A DNA stretch of 32,000 nt. Origin: Candidatus Thorarchaeota archaeon. Its GTDB lineage: Archaea > Asgardarchaeota > Heimdallarchaeia > Hodarchaeales > Hodarchaeaceae. Made by a program: the position numbers and the translations under genes. The notes beneath the pieces are model-generated. The model was not told the origin of the DNA. It did not search any database and saw nothing but the letters and a program-made list of their open reading frames with translations. This document shows positions 1-8,274 of this stretch, piece after piece (position 1 is the first letter of the stretch; every line of letters begins with the position of its first letter). The DNA lies in assembly GCA_048882505.1 (NCBI GenBank), contig JBHLRO010000002.1, forward strand, positions 300,001 to 332,000. The letters run 5' to 3'.

Positions 1-42
1 ACCGTCACAGGCTCTACCGGGCAGATTAAAAATCTTTACGAA

Positions 43-471
43 GTGAGTGTGAGTAATTTTGTCCCAATTTCTGATAAGCTCGAAATCATCGAGGGCCGAT
101 TGAACGCATTAATCGAAAACCAAACTGATCAACTGGCTGCCGTGGCAGATCTTCGTGATCGTGTACATGCAATTATTCAAGTCGAGTTAGTTGCCTTAAA
201 AGATCGCATTACCATATATCTGGAAGCGAGTGTAAATGAACTGAAAACCTCAGTGACCGAGCGGCTGGCCATGCAAGATGAATCATTGAACAAATTAACA
301 AATATTATAACCCAATTAACCCAAACGATTGCAGCCCTCCCTGATTTATTAAGCCAGGCAATTAACAATGCTGTGGAGGAAAAGGTTGTTGCAGAACTGG
401 CCTCAATGAAAAACGACGTTAGAAAAATGACAGCTTTTATCATAAAAACTCAACGAGACAAAGAATCATAG
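43..471 (+). CDS. Hypothetical coiled-coil/helical-bundle protein (142 aa)
   Basis: GTG-start ORF with continuous heptad-like amphipathic pattern (LEIIEGRLNALIE..., LKTSVTERL..., LTNIITQLTQTI); no catalytic motifs. Confidence 0.75.
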   Translation: MSVSNFVPISDKLEIIEGRLNALIENQTDQLAAVADLRDRVHAIIQVELVALKDRITIYLEASVNELKTSVTERLAMQDESLNKLTNIITQLTQTIAALPDLLSQAINNAVEEKVVAELASMKNDVRKMTAFIIKTQRDKES

Positions 472-506
472 GTAAATGGAGCGTCTAGTCAAGTGTGATA
501 GATCGT

Positions 507-1268
507 TTAGATCGTTATTCGCTCGAAGTTATAGGCATCGAACATACCTTTTTGGGTTAAATACCTAAATACAGTCAAAATTTGGCCACCTCGATCTTCC
601 CCGAACCGTTCCAAACAATCTTTGAACGAAATCATACTGTTCTTGTCCGACATCGCCTCGATCAAATCATCAAACTCCTCAGGGGTGATATCGGATAATC
701 GTTCTTGGAATGGTGGAAAGTCTCGGTAAAAAGAATACAGTTTCCCCGCAAAGGGGGTTATTTCAAAGAGTAACGTTGTTGGGTATTTGAGATATACATT
801 CAGAGGATCAAATTGATCATGTAGAATTAGACTCATTTTATCGCGGAAAAACCAAGCCGAGATTAGAGCTCCAATACCAGAGAAGGCTCCTTTACGGAAG
901 ATAGGGTCACCAAGTTCTTCAGCATAAATTTCTTCTATTTCACGAACAAATGTCCGTAGGTCATAACGTATCTTTAATTCATCACGTTCTTTGTTATCTT
1001 TATCGAAGACAACAATTGCAATGGCCTTGATCCGTACACCTTCCTCCAAAACCATTTCCGCCCCCTCCGCATCCTTCTCGCCGAATTCAATACCCTTTAG
1101 TGACGATTCTGACATTACTTCCTTCCCAAACGTAGTTAATGCCATGATTAGCGATCCCACCATGTCTTGGTCCTGTTCAGTTGCGCCAAAGGACTGGTTA
1201 TAGAGAGTGAACCCCTCATCTGTGATTAAGTAGAAAGCATTCAGGCGTACCATTAGATCGCAGCTCAT
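507..1268 (-). CDS. Longin-like domain protein with C-terminal helical/winged-helix-like region
   Basis: N-terminus FYLITDEGFTLYNQSF...DQDMVGSLIMALTTFGKEVM...IEFGE matches the beta-beta-alpha pattern of longin/roadblock-like domains common in Asgard archaea; start may be ATG 1253. Confidence 0.6.
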   Translation of the reverse strand: MSCDLMVRLNAFYLITDEGFTLYNQSFGATEQDQDMVGSLIMALTTFGKEVMSESSLKGIEFGEKDAEGAEMVLEEGVRIKAIAIVVFDKDNKERDELKIRYDLRTFVREIEEIYAEELGDPIFRKGAFSGIGALISAWFFRDKMSLILHDQFDPLNVYLKYPTTLLFEITPFAGKLYSFYRDFPPFQERLSDITPEEFDDLIEAMSDKNSMISFKDCLERFGEDRGGQILTVFRYLTQKGMFDAYNFERITI

Positions 1269-1338
1269 GAATGAAAGTTTAATTCAGTTTAGAGAAGTAT
1301 CTTCAGCTTATTAAAAAATTGCCATTCACGCGATCCTA

Positions 1339-2304
1339 ATGATAACCACGGCTTATATCCTCGCTGCTGGTAAGGGGGTTCGATTGTACCCGTTTTCTAA
1401 GGTATATCCGAAATCACTACTCCCATTGATTAATCGGCCGATCCTATTTCATTCTATTGAAAGACTTCTAAAAGCCGGAATCATTAATATAGGTATTGTA
1501 GTTCCTACTGAAAGCGCCCAGATCATATCACAAGTTCAAGGAACCTTTCCTGATCTTGAAGTCACATGGATAGTTCAAAAAACGCCACTAGGTACAGCAA
1601 ATGCAGTTATCCAGGTTGAAAAGCATCTAAAAGACGAAAATTTCATTGTAATTGCCGGAGATTCACTTTTCTCTGTCTCCTTTTTACAAACGTTAAGTAA
1701 AGTACATTTGGATGACCAAAATTGGATCACGCTTTCCCTTGAAAAAATGGATTTTGAACTTATGAGGTACTCCTCGACAGTAGATTATCGAGATGGACGT
1801 ATTTGCGGAGTACGTGAAAAACCTCAAACCTTCGATGACACATTCAGTGATCTGAACTCTGCAGCGTGCTACGCTTTTTCTCATTCGATTTTCCCATATT
1901 TGAAACGTGCTCGAAAATCCACACGCAATGAATACGAACTTACATCAGTAATAAATGAGATCATACGAGGCGCTCATCCCGTTGGGGGTGTTAAAACAGA
2001 TAGAGTTTGTCATATTACAACTCCTATAGACCTGTGGTGGTATAACCTCCAATTTCTGAGAACCATAAGACCCAAAGATCCTATTGGTACTCTGATCGGA
2101 AAAGCTGTGTCTGTATCAGGTGAGGTTACACTCAGCAGATCGGTGATTGGGGACCATGTGATTATTCAAGAAGGATGTCATCAGATAGTTGATAGTGTAA
2201 TCTTATCTGACTCAGTATTACAACGAGATTACAAAAATGCTTTGGTCTTGAGAGATTACTGTCAGCAATTCTCACCGGCTCAGATTTCCGAAAGATTTCT
2301 CTAG
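1339..2304 (+). CDS. Sugar-phosphate nucleotidyltransferase (NTP_transferase; RmlA/GlmU-like)
   Basis: ILAAGKGVRLYP...PKSLLP signature, Q-x-x-PLGTA, GDS, EKP, STRNEYELT (cf. RmlA SARGELEIT), short C-terminal hexapeptide-like beta-helix. Confidence 0.92.
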   Translation: MITTAYILAAGKGVRLYPFSKVYPKSLLPLINRPILFHSIERLLKAGIINIGIVVPTESAQIISQVQGTFPDLEVTWIVQKTPLGTANAVIQVEKHLKDENFIVIAGDSLFSVSFLQTLSKVHLDDQNWITLSLEKMDFELMRYSSTVDYRDGRICGVREKPQTFDDTFSDLNSAACYAFSHSIFPYLKRARKSTRNEYELTSVINEIIRGAHPVGGVKTDRVCHITTPIDLWWYNLQFLRTIRPKDPIGTLIGKAVSVSGEVTLSRSVIGDHVIIQEGCHQIVDSVILSDSVLQRDYKNALVLRDYCQQFSPAQISERFL

Positions 2305-2401
2305 ATGGGATTTCTGGTTTGGAAATCTTATTTTATGGGAATTTATTAAGTGGGATTAGACGCATCATTGTAATCACAAGCTCTTGGATATTGGAATAAA
2401 A

Positions 2402-3379
2402 ATGGCCACAAGGGTTACCAGGCTACCACGCCTCTCACGGATGAAAACAACAGGGAACTTCCTAATTTTTTTAGCGTTGGGTTTCTATATTAGCTTGCTT
2501 GCAACGTTGTTTGACCCAACCATCCAGAATCAGGACAATGAATTTCTTCTCTTGAGTCTCGGTTTTATATGTCTTGCCTTTACCTTTGTTATTGATAGAA
2601 TTCTTCGGCGTCCATTTTTTCAGACAGTTTCTGGTTATTTTTCCGAACTGCATGATCGCCGTTTGGATACTCAGCAAATCGCGATCCAAATAGATCAGAT
2701 CGGTTCGCTTCAACCCTTAGGAACATTAAATTCCACATTAAAGGAGATTGATGCACTACGCAGCGAAATATCTGACATTCACCAAAGGACAACTGAAGAA
2801 ATCAGATCTAGTAAAAATCTGATAAAAAAACAGGATATTCACGAAGAGTTAGAGCTCCTATTGGGGATGGCAACAGATTCTATGCGAGAAATTGAAAAAA
2901 AACGGGAAAATTTGTTGTTTTTAGCTAAAACTAGGAAGGTCATGTTGGATACAGTTCGAAAACATCTTTCAAACCCCAAAAATGAAATCGAAGCAGATTA
3001 TCTCCTGTATAAGACAAGAAAAGCTATCCCTGATCATGATATAGATGAGATCTTACTAACACGTATTCTGGAATCTGTACTTGACCGAGGTGAAATCCAG
3101 GGGCAAGTAAGAATTTCCGAAGGAGGAGAGCAACTTTTAACTGTTGACCGTGTGGGACGTGAATTTGAAAACACAGATTCGGTCCATCTTACCTGGACCA
3201 ATGAAGGGGGTTTTCAATCTGAAACTCAATTTTGTGTCATATGTCGGGCCATTATCCTCGTAGAAGAGGCTAGCACATCTTGCCCTAAGTGTTTAAACCA
3301 GTTCCATAGATCACATCTATTAGAGTGGCTTAAGGTCTTTAACCAGTGCCCAATGTGTCATGAACGACTTGTTTTATGA
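2402..3379 (+). CDS. Membrane-anchored RING-finger protein (putative E3 ubiquitin ligase-like)
   Basis: Two N-terminal hydrophobic helices, a coiled coil, and C-terminal CVIC-x12-CPKC-x4-HRSH-x3-W-x6-CPMC. The ORF track starts at TTG 2384; ATG 2402 is preferred. Confidence 0.8.
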   Translation: MATRVTRLPRLSRMKTTGNFLIFLALGFYISLLATLFDPTIQNQDNEFLLLSLGFICLAFTFVIDRILRRPFFQTVSGYFSELHDRRLDTQQIAIQIDQIGSLQPLGTLNSTLKEIDALRSEISDIHQRTTEEIRSSKNLIKKQDIHEELELLLGMATDSMREIEKKRENLLFLAKTRKVMLDTVRKHLSNPKNEIEADYLLYKTRKAIPDHDIDEILLTRILESVLDRGEIQGQVRISEGGEQLLTVDRVGREFENTDSVHLTWTNEGGFQSETQFCVICRAIILVEEASTSCPKCLNQFHRSHLLEWLKVFNQCPMCHERLVL

Positions 3380-3394
3380 AACCTGGCAAAAATA

Positions 3395-3401
3395 TTTTTT
3401 T
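3395..3401 (+). terminator. Oligo-T archaeal-type terminator candidate
   Basis: T7 run 16 nt after the stop of the RING gene. Confidence 0.35.
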
Positions 3402-3495
3402 CATCCAAAATCAGAGAAATTTGGCCAAGGAAACAAAATGAAAACCTTTTCAAAGACCGCTTTGTGACATTTTCTTATTCCATCCTATGAGATTA

Positions 3496-3502
3496 TTTAT
3501 AA
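3496..3502 (+). promoter_or_regulatory. TATA-box candidate for the 3587 gene
   Basis: TTTATAA about 85 nt upstream of the ATG, followed by a GC-richer leader; a GAGGTGA Shine-Dalgarno lies at 3580-3586. Confidence 0.4.
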
Positions 3503-3586
3503 CCCAAGGAATCACCCACCTCCCTTAACGGGTATAGCCCAGTCTCCCGTGAGGTAAGAAATCTACACGCCCTCTTTGTGAGGTGA

Positions 3587-4120
3587 ATGGGAATTAAAGA
3601 ACGAGATGACTTCAAATTTGCAGGTCTTGATGAATTAGAGGCTCAATTGAAGTTGTTCCAGCTGGGAATCGAATCTTTTACCCCGTATGCCAATCAAAGC
3701 AAGGTCGACATGATAATACGAACAGATAATGGGAATCTAGTACGATATGCAGATGTAAAGGTTTGTACGGGAAAGTCCGATAGTGAGAAAACAGTTTGGA
3801 AACTTCCCCTCTCGTTTTGTATGACTGAAGATAGTTTTATACTGTTCACTTTTCGCTTGATAGAGGAAGAGACGGAGCAAACAGTTGAAAAACATTATTT
3901 GGTGCTAAAATTACAGAAATTTCTGGAAATTACCGAAAAACACGGGATCCCTATTGAGGATGACCATTGGGTCATGTCTTTACCTACAAGCGATATAAAT
4001 AAATTTGGCGTTCTGGATAAAAAAAAGAAGATTTCATTCAAAGCTCCACTAGCCAGATCGCTCCGTCAATATCTGGATGTCTGGAAGGAGTTTGAGAACT
4101 GGAAAGAATGGACAGAATAA
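3587..4120 (+). CDS. PD-(D/E)XK nuclease-fold protein
   Basis: E in the first helix (DELEAQ), then KVDMII and YADVKVC give a D...DxK triad in the usual alpha-beta-beta-beta order. Confidence 0.6.
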   Translation: MGIKERDDFKFAGLDELEAQLKLFQLGIESFTPYANQSKVDMIIRTDNGNLVRYADVKVCTGKSDSEKTVWKLPLSFCMTEDSFILFTFRLIEEETEQTVEKHYLVLKLQKFLEITEKHGIPIEDDHWVMSLPTSDINKFGVLDKKKKISFKAPLARSLRQYLDVWKEFENWKEWTE

Positions 4121-4203
4121 TAGCGATTCAACTGAGCAAACTTTTCGCATATCATCAATTGCCTATGCTGCGGAATTAGAGACCAATCGTCAGAATGCAG
4201 GTG

Positions 4204-5001
4204 TTAGACATATAATCCTTTACTTGGGATTAGGCCCTCACTTTGAGTGATTTGACGATTACGGTCTGCCAACTCCATAAGCGACTTCTGAATCTGCTCT
4301 GCATCTTTCAGAAGCCGTGACACATCAATCTCAATATTTTTGACTTTGCCAATCGCCTGAACTAATTTTGCAGCGCCACCAGGATCAGGATAGGAACCTG
4401 CTACTGGTATGAGAAATGTATATCCTAAAATCGAAGTTAATAGCGCTTCATTCATGATTGCTCCCGAAAGGCCCGAAATGAAGCCTGTATGGGGTTTGGG
4501 GAATTCATGAGCTATGAGTTCGGGATCTTCCTTGTAAAATTGGGGTTCAGCTACTAGATAAACGGAATCTGTGCTGGTCTTTCCTTGTGTATCAATAAAT
4601 CCATCCATACAGATAACCTGTCTAGTTCCTATTTCGATTGCCCATTCTAGGAGTGCGTGGGCAAGAAAGTAATATGCTTGGGGTGGGCATGGAGCTTCAC
4701 CGATCATTACCATAAGTTTCTGATCTTTATCGCCATAGATCCGATATGGATATGTCAGGATTCCATCGATAAACACACTTACTGGAGGGATGTGGGGTGA
4801 CCTGATCGAACCAATCCACTCAAGGTTCAGCTCTTGGATCATATGCTTTGCAGCTATATTACCGACCAATCCATGACCCGGAAAGCCTACTGCAACCCAT
4901 TCAGGCTGAAAATCAGCGACACACTCGCAAATGGTGGCATCTGGATCATGTTTTTTTTCCGAACGATGCCTCAGTACAAGTTTAGACGAATCATTATTCA
5001 T
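4204..5001 (-). CDS. PAC2 family proteasome assembly chaperone
   Basis: VGFPGHGLVGNIAAKHMI, PYRIY, MDGF, GFISGLSGAI and YPDPGGAAKL are all characteristic PAC2 motifs. Confidence 0.92.
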   Translation of the reverse strand: MNNDSSKLVLRHRSEKKHDPDATICECVADFQPEWVAVGFPGHGLVGNIAAKHMIQELNLEWIGSIRSPHIPPVSVFIDGILTYPYRIYGDKDQKLMVMIGEAPCPPQAYYFLAHALLEWAIEIGTRQVICMDGFIDTQGKTSTDSVYLVAEPQFYKEDPELIAHEFPKPHTGFISGLSGAIMNEALLTSILGYTFLIPVAGSYPDPGGAAKLVQAIGKVKNIEIDVSRLLKDAEQIQKSLMELADRNRQITQSEGLIPSKGLYV

Positions 5002-5224
5002 CTTATATCCTCACATCGTAACATAGGTAAGTCCAAAGACACCTAAGGGGGTCTAGATGCGGGGAAGTGGAAAGACAGACTCGCTTATAAATTCCTCTTC
5101 TTCGCCTAATAGAAAGGAAACGATAACAAAAGTAATCAAACCAAATGGCTCTGTATTTTAAATAAGATCCAATGCTAAATATTGACATAATACCAAGAAT
5201 ACTGTGACATAGGCTGGCTAAACC

Positions 5225-6508
5225 ATGAGTAGGATTGATCTTGAGGGGAAACGCAAACGAATTCTCACTGTTTTGCGTCAACATCGCGTTCTATCCGCTT
5301 CTTTGGGAATTTTCTTAGTTGTATTCTCCATAATAGCGATCGGTATTCTTAGTACGATCATAACCGCTGGTATGTTTCCGAAATTTGTCCTCGAGAACTT
5401 TAGGATTGTAAGAATTGAGAATCATACGGTCTACACAGATTTATCTTTCATTCTCTTCGACAAGCTAGGTTATTCTGTTCGGGCAAACAAGATAACATGT
5501 ACAATTCAAACTGATTCAGCTGAAGGAAATACCACTCAGATTCTTGCCACGGGGTCAACCATGGAATCCGTGATATTCCCCAGAGGGAGTGCTAAGGTCG
5601 AAAATTTGTCGTTTATGTTTGATGTACCCAATCTGGAATCTTTACTGGGGGTTTTGATCAGCGATGAAGCAATCATTATCCAAGGTCAAATTTATTTAGA
5701 ATGGGGGCTGACCACACCTTATAAAATTGAGTTATCTGGGATTGAAGTTGATTTCTTTCCATCCATATCGATACTAGAGATCCATCCAATTTATCCAGGT
5801 AATGTCTTAGAGGTTCTAGTTCAAACTCAGAATATTCATGGTGTTACCCTGAATATTACTACAGCTTCTTTTCAATTGACCTCTTCTGAATTTGGTTCTT
5901 TTGGAACTGCATACTTTGAAAATACTTCAATTCCCCCAGGTCGTTCAAATGTTTCTTTGTTATTATATTCGAATGGCTCAGAGTTAACCTGGCTGACAGA
6001 ACGAATACTTAACAATGGGACGATACAGGCAAGTATTAGAGAGTTTCAAGGGGAATTCTTATTCGCTCACGAGCATATCAATATTTCTGTACAGGATGGA
6101 CCAAAATTTTTTTGGGATGATTTTACTCCTAGCTTGCACATTTCAGGGATAAATAATATTAATATTAATACCAGCGGGGGTTACTTTGATGTTAATCTAG
6201 AATTTGAAGGACAACCTCTTTGGGGATATAATCTTACCTGTATCAGTTTTGATTTTTACCATCAGCTACTAAATGAGACACTTGGGTCTCAAATAGTGGG
6301 AAGGGGGAATTTCAGTAAAACCATATTTGTTCCTCGCCTTTCCACGGCACAGATCGGTATTCGAATCATGATAATACCTGAAAAAGTCATAGAAATGCTA
6401 ATCGTCTGGACTCAGACCGGGAAGATCAATCTTGACCTTAGGAATGGAATCATTTGCCTCCAATTTTACGAGGTTATCTTTGAAGTGGGATTCACATATG
6501 CCATTTAA
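5225..6508 (+). CDS. Single-pass membrane protein with tandem LEA_2/Ig-like beta-sandwich domains
   Basis: Basic N-terminus, one TM helix (SLGIFLVVFSIIAIGILSTII), then about three beta-rich repeats (N-x-HG/WG-x-x-L-N-(I/L)-T), with many N-x-S/T sequons. Confidence 0.6.
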   Translation: MSRIDLEGKRKRILTVLRQHRVLSASLGIFLVVFSIIAIGILSTIITAGMFPKFVLENFRIVRIENHTVYTDLSFILFDKLGYSVRANKITCTIQTDSAEGNTTQILATGSTMESVIFPRGSAKVENLSFMFDVPNLESLLGVLISDEAIIIQGQIYLEWGLTTPYKIELSGIEVDFFPSISILEIHPIYPGNVLEVLVQTQNIHGVTLNITTASFQLTSSEFGSFGTAYFENTSIPPGRSNVSLLLYSNGSELTWLTERILNNGTIQASIREFQGEFLFAHEHINISVQDGPKFFWDDFTPSLHISGINNININTSGGYFDVNLEFEGQPLWGYNLTCISFDFYHQLLNETLGSQIVGRGNFSKTIFVPRLSTAQIGIRIMIIPEKVIEMLIVWTQTGKINLDLRNGIICLQFYEVIFEVGFTYAI

Positions 6509-7068
6509 TCCCTAGATACAGGCAACAATAATAGCAAAAACCCAGTATCTGCGGATGGGACGTCATTATGAAGGTAGCTTCATGATTCCGACTTGGCCAT
6601 AATTCTGAAGGTAGTCACCAAGTAATAAAATGAGGTCACGTCTTATTCATAGCCCACGATAGAGAGGAGTGGTAGTATGAAAATCAGCTTTATAATAACG
6701 GGCAGACTTTGCGAGGAGTTATCTAAATCTTGATCATAAGATTAAGCAGAATCCATTGGCCACACACCAGATAAACCTCCAGAAATTCGTTCGACGGAAT
6801 CATCCTTTCGGTCTCCGTTTATCTGATTATTGTTTCTAATTCCAACTTCTATAAACAGACGGATTGTTAAAGACTCTCAGATGATTAAGGGGAATAGCAC
6901 TGACATTAGTGTCTCGTGGTACATGAAGTTTTATAAAAGGATGGCTCTAGAAAAGCAGGAAGTTTTCTTCTGGGCTTCTCCTGACCAAAATCATCTTTGT
7001 ATATGTGGTGAAAAACTTAAAGAAATCTACATCTGCGGCCTTTGTTAGCCAATATAGGCGATTAAAGA

Positions 7069-7776
7069 GTGTACCAACGTAGAATTATAGGATTTTTCCT
7101 CCTGTTTTGCGGATATTTAATTTCCATCTTACTTGTTAATGCGGCTGTAACTGCAAACTGGGGAGATATCGTTAATGTCCGAGCTTCGGTCTATTTGGAT
7201 GCCGCCCACACGGAGGAACTTGAGCAGAACATCAATCTCAGCATAACCAATGTCTACTTGGGTAGGGGCCCTCAAGTACCTCCAGAAATATTGGAATCAT
7301 ATCCTGATGCCGATGCAACGTATTTATTGAAATTTAAAGAAGGAATAATTGGAATGGAGGTCGATGAAACCAAGGAATTTAAAATTGACTCCAAGGATCA
7401 TGCGTACTCCAATTTGGTCGGAAAAGATCTTTACTATATCGTTGTACTTCTCGAAATCGTCTATGACGGGCCTGATCCTACTAGCACTACCACTTCCAAC
7501 GGAGGCCCACCTCCACTTCCCGATTTGACATTTCTGCTTGCTGCTGGAGCTGGGATATCATTACTGGCAGGCGGACTTCTCCTCAGAGGATACAGAACCT
7601 CTCAACGTTTGGAGTCAGTTGCTAACGATAAATCACAGAGAACTGAACAACAGGAACAAATTCTTAAAAAAGAGCAGTCTCAGCTTCAGGAATTGCGGAA
7701 ATTAGCGGAAATTCATTCTGATGCTCAAGACGAATCGCAAGGAAAAGATTTAGTCAAATTTCGGCGTAGAAGGTGA
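7069..7776 (+). CDS. Exported, membrane-anchored FKBP-type peptidyl-prolyl isomerase-like protein
   Basis: Signal peptide; WGDIVNV...FKEGIIGMEVDETKEFKI...LVGKDLYYIVVLLEI matches the SlyD/trigger-factor FKBP core; Thr/Pro linker, TM helix and charged tail follow. Confidence 0.7.
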   Translation: MYQRRIIGFFLLFCGYLISILLVNAAVTANWGDIVNVRASVYLDAAHTEELEQNINLSITNVYLGRGPQVPPEILESYPDADATYLLKFKEGIIGMEVDETKEFKIDSKDHAYSNLVGKDLYYIVVLLEIVYDGPDPTSTTTSNGGPPPLPDLTFLLAAGAGISLLAGGLLLRGYRTSQRLESVANDKSQRTEQQEQILKKEQSQLQELRKLAEIHSDAQDESQGKDLVKFRRRR

Positions 7777-7854
7777 CTGTAAACGCCCTTTTATGCCTTT
7801 TCGGCTTATTCTTGGTTCGAATCTCGGGATTATTGAGACGAGGAATAGACCACC

Positions 7855-8274
7855 TCAATAAAGCGTGACATCCTGCCCTTCATCTGCTGGCCCAAGCAAA
7901 CGGTTCGGAAGTTCAGATTCACCTGACAGTATGCGAATCAGATCAAGTCGAGTCAGGAGAAGTATCCCCACTCTTTTAGCTAATGACTGGGCAGGCTCCG
8001 AAAACAGGTTTGAAACAATTAGGACCTTGGAAATGGTGGGAGTAACCTTTAATAGGTCTTCAGCTCGGAGAATCACGTCTATTCCTACAGAACGTTTCCA
8101 GTCTTTAATCATGACGCCAATTGTCTCCCTGATATCACCATTTTGTATCAGCATGGCTATTGGAGTCCCGATTCCTTGACGACGAGGGTTTTGATTCACG
8201 AGGAATCCTCGTTGACGACAATATTCGAGCATTAGAGCTTTTAACTCAAGTAGTTCTAAATTATCATTCTTCAT
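7855..8274 (-). CDS. Mrr-like restriction-endonuclease-fold protein, probably catalytically degenerate
   Basis: Helix-RGF-V...IAML...GVMIKDWKRSVGIDVI...LIVSNLFSEPAQSLAKRVGILLL follows the Mrr_cat pattern. ATG 8274 overlaps the upstream gene's end by 11 nt (ORF track starts at 8316). Confidence 0.65.
   Translation of the reverse strand: MKNDNLELLELKALMLEYCRQRGFLVNQNPRRQGIGTPIAMLIQNGDIRETIGVMIKDWKRSVGIDVILRAEDLLKVTPTISKVLIVSNLFSEPAQSLAKRVGILLLTRLDLIRILSGESELPNRLLGPADEGQDVTLY

Noticed and set aside
43-1268. Coiled-coil protein plus longin protein as a split SNARE-like system
   Set aside because: The genes are convergent rather than operonic, with no TM anchor or recognisable SNARE zero layer; too speculative.
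3587-4120. Nuclease as part of a restriction-modification system or mobile element
   Set aside because: No DNA methyltransferase, integrase or flanking repeats are adjacent; the 17242 methyltransferase is a small-molecule type.
5003-5284. 93-aa minus-strand ORF between PAC2 and the LEA-like gene
   Set aside because: It spans the divergent promoter region, overlaps the 5225 gene and has no recognisable motifs; likely spurious.
7814-7823. GGTTCGAATC, a tRNA T-loop-like motif
   Set aside because: The flanking T-stem pairs poorly, and I could not build an acceptor stem, D-arm or anticodon arm.
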